A stretch of DNA of 64,000 nt from Ilumatobacteraceae bacterium (GCA_022425725.1 JAKMEY010000037.1:32805-96804), one strand, 5' to 3'. Positions 39,830-49,837 are shown, counted from the stretch's first letter. Program-made: numbers and translations. Notes: generated by a model not told the origin, from the letters alone.

Positions 39830-40957
39830 TTAGCGGAATATTGCAATCACTAGTAACGGAATAATGACAAAGACAGAGACGACCCAACCGACCGCAAGGC
39901 TCCGACGCTTCACAGCAAGCTCGGCAAGAAGTTCGGCACATCGAATTGGAAGTGGCCGCAGGAACGGAATGCCGTACAGCACCACGATTCCCAACACGTT
40001 AAACCATGTATGGACGAGCGCGATGGTGAGCGCATCTGAACCACTTGCCGCAAGCGCAGCGAGTAATGCAGTGATCGTCGTACCCACGTTCGCTCCGAGC
40101 GTTACCGGATAGATGTTGCGGAGCGAGATCACGCCAGCAGCCGCCATCGGAATGAGGATCGACGTAGTGATGCTCGATGACTGCACTGAAATCGTGACCA
40201 GCATGCCGATCACCATTGCGACAAGACCGCCACCGCGCCCGAGTACCCGGTTCATCGAAGCTTCGAGTCGTTCGGCGATGAGCGCCTTCATATTTTTTGT
40301 AACCGCAATCAAGGCAACCACGACTACGAGTATCCCGATGACCACCATGGAGACACCAAGCGATGTCTCCTCGAGAGAGGCTTGTTTGAGTCCATCTTTA
40401 AGCCAACCGACAGGGTGTTTCACCCACGCCTTGATCGGGCTCTTCCACTCTGAACCGCCAGAGCCAGTGAGAATCTCAGCAGTGCGAGACGCAAGCCATG
40501 AAATTCGTCCGGTGAGAAGTTCGAAGGGAAGCAAAATGGTGACGGCCATCAAGTTGAAGAAGTCGTGGACGGTGGCTGCGGAAAGAGCTCGCCTGAACTC
40601 CTGCGATTGGCGCACATGACCTAACGACACAAGAGTGTTGGTCACCGTGGTGCCAATATTTGCGCCCATGATCATCGGGACCGCTTGGTCGAGGCCGAGC
40701 GCTCCCGACGCAACAAGTCCGACAATCAGAGAAGTACTCGCCGAAGATGACTGAACCAGCACGGTGCCGACAACACCGATGAAGAGTCCGACGATCGGGT
40801 TTGACACGCTGGAGAACAGCCGTTCTTGGGTGTCTGCACCCATCACCTTGATGCCAGATTCGAGTGATGAGACGCCTACTAGAAACAAATAGATGATCGC
40901 GAGAACAAGAAGTCCACGAAACCAGCGAGGAAGCGTGAAAGTGTTTGTTGAAGACAC
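39830..40957 (-). CDS. Na+/phosphate cotransporter family protein (NptA-like)
   Basis: 375 aa polytopic protein with duplicated Na_Pi_cotrans repeats (LVQSSSASTSL... and SVQSSSITTSI..., GANIGTT/GANVGTT). GTG start. Confidence 0.85.
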   Translation of the reverse strand: MSSTNTFTLPRWFRGLLVLAIIYLFLVGVSSLESGIKVMGADTQERLFSSVSNPIVGLFIGVVGTVLVQSSSASTSLIVGLVASGALGLDQAVPMIMGANIGTTVTNTLVSLGHVRQSQEFRRALSAATVHDFFNLMAVTILLPFELLTGRISWLASRTAEILTGSGGSEWKSPIKAWVKHPVGWLKDGLKQASLEETSLGVSMVVIGILVVVVALIAVTKNMKALIAERLEASMNRVLGRGGGLVAMVIGMLVTISVQSSSITTSILIPMAAAGVISLRNIYPVTLGANVGTTITALLAALAASGSDALTIALVHTWFNVLGIVVLYGIPFLRPLPIRCAELLAELAVKRRSLAVGWVVSVFVIIPLLVIAIFR

Positions 40958-41008
40958 TTTTCAGGACAGTAGTCGAACCACGACTGCGGGGTCCAAACAC
41001 CCCGGTGT

Positions 41009-41998
41009 CTAAAAGTAGATAATTTTTTCAGCCGCTGCTTCAGCTGCATCGAGGTCATCGGTGTAGGCGCCGGTGGAGAGGTATTTCCACCCACCATCGC
41101 ACACGATGAACACGATGACGCCTGAATCGATCGATGATGCAACCTTTGCTGCACCAGCGAGCGACGCTCCCGATGAAATTCCAGCGAAGATGCCCGCCTC
41201 GTTCACCAAGCGGCGAGTCCATTCGATCGATTCGCGGGGACGAACCACTCGCTTGCGATCGAGCAATTCAAAGCCATTCCAGTTTTCGAAGACCGGGGGG
41301 ATATACCCCTCGTCGATGTTTCTCAGCCCTTCAACATTTTCGCCGAGCGGCGGCTCTACTGCGATGATCTGAATATCTGGGTCGCGTTCTTTGAGAAAAC
41401 GTCCGGTTCCCATGAGGGTGCCCGAGGTACCGAGACCAGCAACAAAATGAGTGATGTCTGGGACATCCCGCCAAATTTCAGGTCCGGTTGTCTCGTAGTG
41501 GGTGCGAGGGTTTGCGTCGTTGCCGTACTGATACACCATGCACCACTCTGGATGTGCCTCGGCCATCTCAGTGGCACGGCGAACAGCTCCGTTTGAGCCT
41601 TCGCCACCCGGGGTGAGGATGACGTCTGCGCCCATAATTTGGAGCATCTGGCGGCGCTCAACCGACACCGACTCTGGAAGCAAAATCTTGATCGGGTAGC
41701 CCTTCAAACGGGCGATAGCGGCGAGAGCGATGCCGGTATTTCCTGAGGAGGGTTCGATAATGGTCTGCCCGGGGGTGAGACGCCCGTCTTTCTCTGCAGC
41801 GTCAATCATTGCCTTTGCAATGCGGTCTTTCACCGATCCGAACGGGTTCTGCATCTCGAGTTTCGCTATGAGACGAACATCCGGGTTCGGCGACAAATGC
41901 GACACGTCAACATTTGGCGTGTTGCCAATGAGGTCGAGCACGCCGAGGTTGCCAATGGCTGCTCCGGACGCCAAATTCGCCGTCATTACGGGGTTCAT
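41009..41998 (-). CDS. cysM: Cysteine synthase, CysM-like (possibly O-phosphoserine/thiocarboxylate-dependent type)
   Basis: 329 aa. LIGNTP, NPFGSVKDR (PLP Lys), SSGNTGIALA and a C-terminal tail ...GGWKYLSTGAYTDDLDAAEAAAEKIIYF that, from memory, resembles the mycobacterial CysM tail. Confidence 0.85.
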   Translation of the reverse strand: MNPVMTANLASGAAIGNLGVLDLIGNTPNVDVSHLSPNPDVRLIAKLEMQNPFGSVKDRIAKAMIDAAEKDGRLTPGQTIIEPSSGNTGIALAAIARLKGYPIKILLPESVSVERRQMLQIMGADVILTPGGEGSNGAVRRATEMAEAHPEWCMVYQYGNDANPRTHYETTGPEIWRDVPDITHFVAGLGTSGTLMGTGRFLKERDPDIQIIAVEPPLGENVEGLRNIDEGYIPPVFENWNGFELLDRKRVVRPRESIEWTRRLVNEAGIFAGISSGASLAGAAKVASSIDSGVIVFIVCDGGWKYLSTGAYTDDLDAAEAAAEKIIYF

Positions 41999-42110
41999 GA
42001 CTCTTGTAACCTCACAGGCCGAGAGTGTATTCCGATAAATCTGATTCGGCTAGTCGGCTTTTACATTTTGTCGCTCGAATAACGGCGATCAAACTGGGTT
42101 TACGACCCCA

Positions 42111-43688
42111 TCACGGCTGATACGTGCCAAAGACGTCACGGAGTGCATCACTCACTTCGCCGAGCGATGCGCCCGCCAACAGTGCATCTTTCATCGGGTA
42201 CAGCACATTGTCAGTCCCCCGGGCCGCGGCGCTTACCGCCTCGAGTCCTGCTCGAACCGCACTCTCGTCACGGTCAGCCTTAAAGGCCGCGAGACGGGCT
42301 TTCTGTGCCGGTTCTAGAGCAGGGTCAATCGGGAACACATCCGGCTCGGGTTCGTTGTCAATCGTGAACCGGTTGAGCCCAACGATCACTCGCTCATCAT
42401 CGTCAATCGACTTCGTGTACTCATATGCCGATTGCTCAATCTCGTCTTGCTGGAAATGAGCCTCAATCGCTTCAACTGCGCCCCCCATCTCATCGATTCG
42501 CTCGATGTACTCCCAGGTGAGCCGCTCGACTTCATCGGTGAGCGACTCGACGAGGTACGAACCAGCAAGCGGGTCAGGCGTTTCGGTGATACCCGATTCG
42601 TAGCCGATGATTTGCTGCGTGCGAAGCGCAAGGCGAGCCGCATCTTCGGTCGGCAGTGAAAGTGCCTCGTCGAAGCCGTTGGTGTGAAGCGATTGCGTGC
42701 CGCCCATCACCGCTGCCATCGCCTGCACTGCAACTCGCACCACGTTGTTGACCGGCTGTTGCGCCGTCAACGTTGACCCACCGGTCTGCGTGTGGAATCG
42801 CAGCATCGCCGAACGAGGGTCTTTTGCTCCGAATCGTTCGGTCATGATCTTGTGCCAGATTCGACGGCTCGCCCGGAACTTTGCGACTTCCTCGAAGAAA
42901 TCGTTATGGCCATTCCAGAAGAACGACAAGCGGGGGGCGAAGTCATCGACATCGAGACCGGCGTCAACAGCTGCCTGCACATAGGCAATGGCATTCGCCA
43001 AGGTAAACGCGATTTCTTGAACCGCAGTCGAGCCGGCCTCTCGAATGTGGTAGCCCGAGATCGAGATCGTGTTCCACTTCGGAATGTGTTCTGAGCAGTA
43101 GCCGAAGATGTCGGTGATGATGCGCATCGAGGGTTTCGGTGGGTACACATACGTACCTCGAGCGATGTATTCCTTCAGGAGGTCGTTCTGAATCGTTCCT
43201 GAAATCTGCTCCGACGAGACGCCTTGTTCTTCCGCAACGATTTGGTACATCAGCAACAAAATTGCTGCTGTCGAGTTGATCGTCATCGACGTCGACACTT
43301 TGTCGAGCGGGATATCTGCGAGCAGGGTTCGCATATCATCAAGCGAGTCGATGGCGACACCCACCTTGCCCACTTCACCTTCTGCTCGAGAGTGGTCTGA
43401 GTCGTAGCCCATCTGAGTCGGTAAGTCGAAGGCGCAACTGAGACCGGTCTGACCGGCGGCGAGCAGGAACTTAAATCGCTCATTTGTGCTCGCGGCATCT
43501 CCAAAGCCGGAGTACTGACGCATCGTCCACAAACGACCCCGGTACATCGACGGGTAGACACCACGGGTGAATGGAGCCTCACCGGGGAGACCCAACTGCT
43601 CTGAAGGGTCCCAACCGTTGAGTGACTCAGCCGTGTACAGCGGGGCAATCTCAATGCCGGAGTCGGTGGTGCGAACGTCGTCTGCCAT
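42111..43688 (-). CDS. Methylmalonyl-CoA mutase family, catalytic (TIM-barrel) subunit without B12-binding domain
   Basis: 525 aa. [43 protein letters not shown] and [14 protein letters not shown] blocks. The protein ends before the usual C-terminal cobalamin-binding (DxHxxG) domain. Confidence 0.85.
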   Translation of the reverse strand: MADDVRTTDSGIEIAPLYTAESLNGWDPSEQLGLPGEAPFTRGVYPSMYRGRLWTMRQYSGFGDAASTNERFKFLLAAGQTGLSCAFDLPTQMGYDSDHSRAEGEVGKVGVAIDSLDDMRTLLADIPLDKVSTSMTINSTAAILLLMYQIVAEEQGVSSEQISGTIQNDLLKEYIARGTYVYPPKPSMRIITDIFGYCSEHIPKWNTISISGYHIREAGSTAVQEIAFTLANAIAYVQAAVDAGLDVDDFAPRLSFFWNGHNDFFEEVAKFRASRRIWHKIMTERFGAKDPRSAMLRFHTQTGGSTLTAQQPVNNVVRVAVQAMAAVMGGTQSLHTNGFDEALSLPTEDAARLALRTQQIIGYESGITETPDPLAGSYLVESLTDEVERLTWEYIERIDEMGGAVEAIEAHFQQDEIEQSAYEYTKSIDDDERVIVGLNRFTIDNEPEPDVFPIDPALEPAQKARLAAFKADRDESAVRAGLEAVSAAARGTDNVLYPMKDALLAGASLGEVSDALRDVFGTYQP

Positions 43689-43722
43689 CCGTACAGCGTA
43701 GGGCGAGAACCCTCTGGAGCGT

Positions 43723-44112
43723 TTAGGCAGACGCGATGATGGCGATCTCCATCAGCCACTCCGGTCGCGCAAGAGCAGGCACCGTGACGAGTGTCGATGC
43801 GGCACGATGGTCGCCAAGGACACGGTCTCGGGTCGCCATCACTCCTGCCAAGGGTTGTCCGACGACGGCATACGTCGTTACCGACACAATGTTGTCGACC
43901 GACATTTCAGCATCGCTCAACATCGCACAAATATTCACCCACACGACCTCGGCTTGCTCGTCAATCGCCTCGGGTACCGAGCCATCAGGACGTGACGGCA
44001 CGACCCCAGAGGTGTGCAACCATCGAGTCGCATCTGTCGTCAACACCGCATGCACGTACTGTGCGGCAGGAGGGGCAATCTCGCCTGGCTGAATTTGACG
44101 GTGGGTCACCAT
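43723..44112 (-). CDS. RidA/YjgF/UK114 family protein
   Basis: 129 aa. ...Y.HAV.....L.TSG..P...DG.V...I.EQA..V..N......A...S..NIV..T.Y... follows the pattern and size of RidA-family members. Confidence 0.8.
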   Translation of the reverse strand: MVTHRQIQPGEIAPPAAQYVHAVLTTDATRWLHTSGVVPSRPDGSVPEAIDEQAEVVWVNICAMLSDAEMSVDNIVSVTTYAVVGQPLAGVMATRDRVLGDHRAASTLVTVPALARPEWLMEIAIIASA

Positions 44113-44181
44113 GTACGAATCGTGCCAGAGTTCAGCACTGCGACACTAGATCGAGTGTGAATTTATGACTATCGTTCAGAT

Positions 44182-44958
44182 ATGGCCATCACCGACAAGC
44201 CGATCATCGCATTCCATCCCGAAACGTTCGACGACCTCGAAGAGGAGCGCGCTCACCGCAAAGCAAAGCTCGCTGGTGCATTGAGAGTCTTTGGACGCCT
44301 TGGGTTTGGCGAAGGCGTCGCAGGGCACATGACCGCCCGTGACCCAATCTTGACCGATCACTTCTGGGTCAACCCCTTCGGCAAGAGCTTCCGCCACATG
44401 AAGGCAAGTGATCTTTTGCTGGTCAACCACGACGGCGATGTTGTTGTCGGCGATATGCCCGTCAACCGAGCTGCCTTCGTACTGCACTCCGCAGTGCACA
44501 AGGCCCGCCCTGAAGTGATTGCCGCCGCGCATACCCATTCGACGTACGGCAAGGCCTTCTCTGCGCTCGGTATTCCACTCGCGCCGATCACTCAAGACTC
44601 CTGCGCGTTTTACGGCGACCATCACGTCATCTCAGAACAAGGTGGCAAAGTTGTTCTTGAAATCGAAGCTGGCGAAGAATTTGCCTTGAAGTTCCAGACT
44701 GGCAAGGCAGCGATCCACCAGAATCACGGCCTGTTTACCGTCGGCACCACCGTTGACGAGGCGGCGTTCTGGTTCATCACGATGGAACGGAACTGTCAGG
44801 TGCAGCTCGCAGCGATGGCTGCCGGCGACCCGATTGAGGTTCGTGACGAGTACGCCCGCTACACCTTCGAGCAGACGGGCTCACATCTCGCCGGTTGGTT
44901 TAGTTTCCAGCCGCTGTGGCAAGAAATTTGCGCCACAGACCCTGACCTCTTCGACTAA
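44182..44958 (+). CDS. Class II aldolase/adducin-domain protein
   Basis: 258 aa. GHMTARDP..., VNPFG and the zinc-ligand block AAHTHSTYG. Confidence 0.8.
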   Translation: MAITDKPIIAFHPETFDDLEEERAHRKAKLAGALRVFGRLGFGEGVAGHMTARDPILTDHFWVNPFGKSFRHMKASDLLLVNHDGDVVVGDMPVNRAAFVLHSAVHKARPEVIAAAHTHSTYGKAFSALGIPLAPITQDSCAFYGDHHVISEQGGKVVLEIEAGEEFALKFQTGKAAIHQNHGLFTVGTTVDEAAFWFITMERNCQVQLAAMAAGDPIEVRDEYARYTFEQTGSHLAGWFSFQPLWQEICATDPDLFD

Positions 44959-44972
44959 GACTCATATCTCAG

Positions 44973-45836
44973 GTGCAACCGCGCAGAGTTCCCGCGGAGG
45001 GACTCTTTATCGTCTCCGCGATCTCGCAGTACATCGGTGCTGCGATCGCGATTTCCGTCTTTGATCAAGTCGCCCCACAATCGGTGGGGTGGCTCCGTGT
45101 GGTCGGTGCCACCGTCGCACTCTGGCTAATCGCTCGCCCTCGACTCGGGCAATGGCGCGGTCGCAAGCTCCGCGGCGCCGCAGTATTTGGCATCGCAACC
45201 GCCGCAATGAACACGTTTTTCTATCTCGGCATCGCACGGATTGATCTCGGAAAAAGCGTCGCGATTGAGTTCATCGGACCGATCGCCGTCGCTGCGTTCG
45301 CAACTCGCTCGCTCCGAAATGCGATCGCTCTCGGATGCGCAGTCACCGGTGTACTCGTACTCGGCGGGGTAGAGATCGGCGGCGAGCCCGCTGGGGTTGC
45401 GTTTATTCTCGCCTCCTCGGCATGTTGGGCCGCGTACATCGTGGTCGGCTCGCGAGTCGCGTCGTCGAGCAGCGGAGTCGACGGGTTAGCAGTTGGCCTC
45501 GCTATTGGCTCTCTTGCTCTCGTGCCGATCGGCGCCCCATGGAGCGGACCTGTGTGGGGTGCCCCGCTCCTTCTGCTCGCATGCTTGGTAACCGGAGTCT
45601 TTTCAAATGCGATTGGTTACGGCATCGATCAGTACGTGTTGCGAGAGGTGAGCGTTCGACGATTTTCCGTCTTGCTCGCAATGCTTCCCGTGACGGCGGT
45701 CATCGTCGGATGGGTCGCCCTCAATCAACAGCCGAGCGCTCTTGATCTCGTCGGCATTATCGCCGTACTCATCGGCGTCAGCGTGCAGGAGCGCGATACC
45801 GCCCAGCCGATTGACCCCGTGGTTCAGGTTGCCTGA
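44973..45836 (+). CDS. EamA/DMT-superfamily transporter
   Basis: 287 aa with about 10 hydrophobic segments in two EamA-like halves. GTG start. Confidence 0.8.
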   Translation: MQPRRVPAEGLFIVSAISQYIGAAIAISVFDQVAPQSVGWLRVVGATVALWLIARPRLGQWRGRKLRGAAVFGIATAAMNTFFYLGIARIDLGKSVAIEFIGPIAVAAFATRSLRNAIALGCAVTGVLVLGGVEIGGEPAGVAFILASSACWAAYIVVGSRVASSSSGVDGLAVGLAIGSLALVPIGAPWSGPVWGAPLLLLACLVTGVFSNAIGYGIDQYVLREVSVRRFSVLLAMLPVTAVIVGWVALNQQPSALDLVGIIAVLIGVSVQERDTAQPIDPVVQVA

Positions 45837-45842
45837 GACCGC

Positions 45843-47009
45843 TCAGTGATCTTCGAGCCAAGGAGCGCATAGACCGTCGAGATCACGAACGACAATGCGG
45901 TCACGGTTCTCCCATGTCACCGGATTCGACGGATCAGGACGCAGATTGAAAGTGCGGAACTCCATCTCGGTCGTGTCAACCGAAAGAATTCGGCCGATCA
46001 GCGCATCACCAAGACCGAGAATGACTTTGATGGTTTCGAGGGCCTGAATTGAACCGATGATGCCTGGGAGCACGCCCAGCACCCCGGCCTCGGCACACGA
46101 CGGAGCGAGTTCGGCAGGCGGTGGTTCTGGAACCATGTCTCGATAGGTCGGGCCCTCGGTCGGATGGAACACGCTCACCATTCCCTCGAAGCGGAAAATC
46201 GAACCATGAACCACAGGAATGCCGAGTTTCACGCTCGCATCGTTCAACACGTAACGCGAGGGAAAGTTGTCGGCGCCATCGACGATGACGTCGTAGCCAG
46301 AGATGATGTCGACAATGTTCTCCGCTGAAAGCCGCGTGTCGTAGGTAACGACGTTCACGTCGGGATTCAACAGAGTGAGTGTCTTTTTTGCCGAATCGAC
46401 CTTGCGGTCTCCGACACGGTCGATGTTGTGAAGAATCTGGCGCTGCAGGTTCGACTCATCGACATCATCCATGTCAACGATGCCGATCGTTCCGACACCG
46501 GCGGCCGCAAGATAGAGAGCGGCTGGTGAACCCAGTCCGCCAGCTCCAAGCATGAGGACTTTCGCGTCGAGCAACTTTTGCTGGCCTTCAACACCAACTT
46601 CTGGCAGCAAGAGGTGCCGCTTATATCGATGTTGTTGCTCTGGGCTGAGGCTGGCGGGCTGACGCCATGGACGGCCTTCATCTTTCCAGCGACCAAAACC
46701 ACCATCCATCGACGCGACCTTCTCGTAACCGAGTTCTTGCATCGTCTTTGCGGCAAACGCAGAGCGAACACCGCCTGCGCAGTACACGACGACCGGAAGC
46801 GATTTGTCAACAATGCGGTTTTCGATCTGCGCCTCAAGATGGCCCCGAGGAATATGGATCACTCCCTCAAGAGCACCCTCGGCGTATTCGTCGGGTTCGC
46901 GAACGTCGAGGATGAGGTGGCCAGCAGCGATGCGCTCGGCAGCCTCATCTGTGCTGATCTCAACAATCTCAGATTTTGCAGAACTGAGGAGGTCTCTAAA
47001 GGTGGCCAT
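45843..47009 (-). CDS. E1-like (ThiF/MoeB/MoeZ family) adenylyltransferase with N-terminal rhodanese domain
   Basis: 388 aa. Residues ~1-115 are rhodanese (ILDVREPDEY..G...G.IHIP, active-site loop CAGGVRS). Then RYKRHLLLPEVGVEGQQKL, LGAGGLGSP and DMDDVDESNLQRQILH form the ThiF nucleotide-binding core. Confidence 0.8.
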   Translation of the reverse strand: MATFRDLLSSAKSEIVEISTDEAAERIAAGHLILDVREPDEYAEGALEGVIHIPRGHLEAQIENRIVDKSLPVVVYCAGGVRSAFAAKTMQELGYEKVASMDGGFGRWKDEGRPWRQPASLSPEQQHRYKRHLLLPEVGVEGQQKLLDAKVLMLGAGGLGSPAALYLAAAGVGTIGIVDMDDVDESNLQRQILHNIDRVGDRKVDSAKKTLTLLNPDVNVVTYDTRLSAENIVDIISGYDVIVDGADNFPSRYVLNDASVKLGIPVVHGSIFRFEGMVSVFHPTEGPTYRDMVPEPPPAELAPSCAEAGVLGVLPGIIGSIQALETIKVILGLGDALIGRILSVDTTEMEFRTFNLRPDPSNPVTWENRDRIVVRDLDGLCAPWLEDH

Positions 47010-47018
47010 ACCTAAATC

Positions 47019-47825
47019 TTACTGATTTGGTCGGGTATTGCTACTTTGAGCAAATAATTGAGGAAGAATCTCTCCAATCGACCCCCGAACGACAACATCG
47101 GCGATGTCGTCCATCTCGGTTGGCTCGGCATTCACGATGACCACTTTCGCCCCCCTCGATTTCGCAAGAGGCACACAATTTGCCACCGGATACACACTCA
47201 ATGTCGACCCAATCGCCACCAACACATCTGCTTGCTCACTCACCTTCATCGCCCTATCAATCACCTCGGGTATCAATGACTGACCGAAACTGATGGTGTC
47301 GCTCTTCACAATGCCGCCACACAATTCACAGGCTGGGTCAGGTTCGCCACTGCGCACGCGCTGCAACATCTCTTCCATCAAACGACGATCACCGCACTCC
47401 CAGCAACGCGAGTACCAAATAGTTCCATGCACCTCGATGACGAGATCAGGATCAACCCCAGCCCGCTGGTGAAGGCCGTCAATATTTTGCGTGACTAATG
47501 CATGTAGCCGTCCGGACCGCTCAAGATCGACCACCGCGAGGTGCCCGCGGTTTGGTTCTGCTGTCCATGCGGATGCCTCAAGTCGTGATTGCCAGGCTGC
47601 TCGCCGCACCTCTGGCTCTGCGAGGTAGTACGAAATGTTGCTTGCTTTCTCCGCCGCAGGGTTCTTCGTCCACACCCCATTGGGGCCGCGGAAATCAGGA
47701 ATTCCCGAATCGGTCGAGATACCTGCACCGGTGAGCACGACAATTCGTTGAGCTCCACCAACAAGTTCGCACGCAAACTCAAGTTGTCCGGGATCGACTG
47801 CATCCATATCTCCAGTGTGACGCAC
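47019..47825 (-). CDS. cobB: NAD-dependent protein deacylase (Sir2/CobB family)
   Basis: 268 aa. GAGISTDSGIPDFRG, TQNIDGLH, HG, and the zinc ribbon CWECG...CELCGG. The start may be Met7 (47807). Confidence 0.88.
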   Translation of the reverse strand: MRHTGDMDAVDPGQLEFACELVGGAQRIVVLTGAGISTDSGIPDFRGPNGVWTKNPAAEKASNISYYLAEPEVRRAAWQSRLEASAWTAEPNRGHLAVVDLERSGRLHALVTQNIDGLHQRAGVDPDLVIEVHGTIWYSRCWECGDRRLMEEMLQRVRSGEPDPACELCGGIVKSDTISFGQSLIPEVIDRAMKVSEQADVLVAIGSTLSVYPVANCVPLAKSRGAKVVIVNAEPTEMDDIADVVVRGSIGEILPQLFAQSSNTRPNQ

Positions 47826-47874
47826 ACTTCAGCAACGAGCGAACTGGCAGACCATCACACGAGCCCACTCCCCC

Positions 47875-48393
47875 ATGCCAGCCACCACGACCCACGACAT
47901 TGTCACTTTTCAACCATGGGCTATGCCGCCAGGCCGAGACGTCGGACATGACCCAAGAAGTGCATACGTCGAACGGTTCTGGCTCAGCACACTTGGGCCG
48001 TCAGCAACATGGATCATCCGTCGAATCGCCGACCACCTTGATGACTCACCTGACGGGGTTGCCGTCAACCTAAACGATCTTGCGCAATCGGTTGGTCTTA
48101 GCTTCGCTCGGGGAGTTGACTCGCCATTCGGTAAAGCACTGCACCGATGCTCGATGTTCAACCTCATTCGGCCAAACGGCAACGGATACGACGTGAAGCG
48201 GCGTATTCCTGATCTCACCACCCGGCAACTCGACCGTATGCATCAACAACTGCGGCGAGACCATGACGAATGGATTCAGCGAACATGGACGACCGATGTC
48301 TCAGCGATCGAGCATCAACTCGTCAGCGCCGGTGTAGACCGGCGGGTTGCCGCAATCGCAGCAGAGAATGTGATTACGCCGACCAGTTCGTGA
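47875..48393 (+). CDS. Conserved-looking hypothetical protein, possible winged-helix DNA-binding fold
   Basis: 172 aa with no motif I can name. The segment LGPSATWIIRRIADHL...VNLNDLAQSVGLS...LHRCSMFNLI looks like a wHTH. The 3' end overlaps the pepA 3' end by 20 nt. Confidence 0.5.
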   Translation: MPATTTHDIVTFQPWAMPPGRDVGHDPRSAYVERFWLSTLGPSATWIIRRIADHLDDSPDGVAVNLNDLAQSVGLSFARGVDSPFGKALHRCSMFNLIRPNGNGYDVKRRIPDLTTRQLDRMHQQLRRDHDEWIQRTWTTDVSAIEHQLVSAGVDRRVAAIAAENVITPTSS

Positions 48394-49837
48394 CCGCATC
48401 GATGAGCAGCCGCGTTCCGAAGCCAGTCGCACCCTTCGAGCGCCATGACTCATCACCATCGACTTTCATCGGACCGGCGATGTCGAGGTGAGCCCACGGC
48501 ACATCAGCGGTGAACTCCGACAGGAAGATTGCTGCGGTGATGCAGCCGGCATACGGACCGCCAATATTTCGCATGTCGGCCACATTTGAGTCAAGAAGCT
48601 TCCGATAACGAGCCTTCTCGAGCGGCATCTCCCAAATCGGTTCGCCTGTCGCCTCAGCGCTATCTGCGAGTTGCTCGACAACTTTTGAGCCCGTGCCGAG
48701 CACCGCAGCGATATCGGGCCCCAACGCAGCCATCGATGCTCCGGTGAGCGTTGCGATATCGATAATTGCCTCGGGCTTATCTTCCACCGCCAGAGACAGG
48801 CCGTCAGCCAAAATGAGCCGGCCTTCTGCGTCAGTGTTGTGCACCTCAACGGTCTTGCCATTGCGCATCGTCAACACGTCACCAAGCTTCATCGCTGAAC
48901 CCGATGGCATGTTGTCAGTGCACACGATGTATCCCGTTACCTGATTGCGGCAGCGCAAATCTTTGAGTGTGGTCATCGTCGACAGCACGGCAGCCGCACC
49001 CGACATATCCATTTTCATGACGACATGGAATGCATCGCTTGGCTTCAAGCTGATACCACCCGAGTCGTACATCACTCCCTTACCAACGAGTGCTACATGA
49101 CCCCGTGGATTTCGCGGAGTGTACGTGAGCCTCATCAGCCGTGGCGGCTCGACACTTCCCTTATTCACTCCGAGGAGCCCACCACAACCCATCTCTTCGA
49201 GGTCGTTCTCATCAAACACTTCGACATCGAAACCATGCGTGGGTGCCAAAGCGGTAACGATGACCTCAAGGTCACGAGCGTTGAGATGTGCCGGCGGTGT
49301 GTTCGCAAGATCACGAGCAAGGTACGTCGCCCTCGAACGAACCTGGCCCTCTCTGACACCTCGCTCGGCGGCTGCCGCTCCCGACGTGACGATGGTCAAT
49401 GTTGCAAACCGTGGTTGAGTATCTGGCTTTGCGGTGATACCCGGATAGCGATATGCGGCGAGCAACGCTCCTTCGGTAACTGCGCGCGCATCTGCGGAAT
49501 TCGACGAGCCTGTCGAGAGCAGATCAAGCGCTACATGCTGGTGACGCTGGGCGTTACGCACCGCAACCGCCGCGGCGTTGCGAAGATCTCCACTCGAGGG
49601 GCGTTCACCAACGCCGACCGCAATGACCGTCGCTCCATCACGGCGAGGAATCACCACAGACTGACCAACCTCACCAGCGAAGCCGTGACGTTCGAGTTCG
49701 CGGCGTGACATACCAACCGTGCGAGGTACGGCGCCGGTCGAACGAACTGCGACCGCGATCGCCGTTGCCGAGCGGGGCACTGAACCTGCCGTCACTACAG
49801 CGCTAGGTGTCGAAAACGGAATAGACGTGTTTGCCAT
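48374..49837 (-). CDS. pepA: Leucyl aminopeptidase (M17)
   Basis: C-terminal catalytic domain with VGKGV.YDSGGISLKP, NTDAEGRL.LAD and ATLTGA blocks. Start trimmed to the ATG at 49837. Confidence 0.9.
   Translation of the reverse strand: MANTSIPFSTPSAVVTAGSVPRSATAIAVAVRSTGAVPRTVGMSRRELERHGFAGEVGQSVVIPRRDGATVIAVGVGERPSSGDLRNAAAVAVRNAQRHQHVALDLLSTGSSNSADARAVTEGALLAAYRYPGITAKPDTQPRFATLTIVTSGAAAAERGVREGQVRSRATYLARDLANTPPAHLNARDLEVIVTALAPTHGFDVEVFDENDLEEMGCGGLLGVNKGSVEPPRLMRLTYTPRNPRGHVALVGKGVMYDSGGISLKPSDAFHVVMKMDMSGAAAVLSTMTTLKDLRCRNQVTGYIVCTDNMPSGSAMKLGDVLTMRNGKTVEVHNTDAEGRLILADGLSLAVEDKPEAIIDIATLTGASMAALGPDIAAVLGTGSKVVEQLADSAEATGEPIWEMPLEKARYRKLLDSNVADMRNIGGPYAGCITAAIFLSEFTADVPWAHLDIAGPMKVDGDESWRSKGATGFGTRLLIDAVTNWSA

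Noticed and set aside
42031-42038. TCCGATAA resembling the sigma-28/WhiG -10 element (GCCGATAA) in the cysM-mcm gap.
   Set aside because: There is no TAAA-like -35 at 15-16 nt; the nearest GTAA is about 21 nt away. On the plus strand it would drive transcription antisense into the mutase gene.
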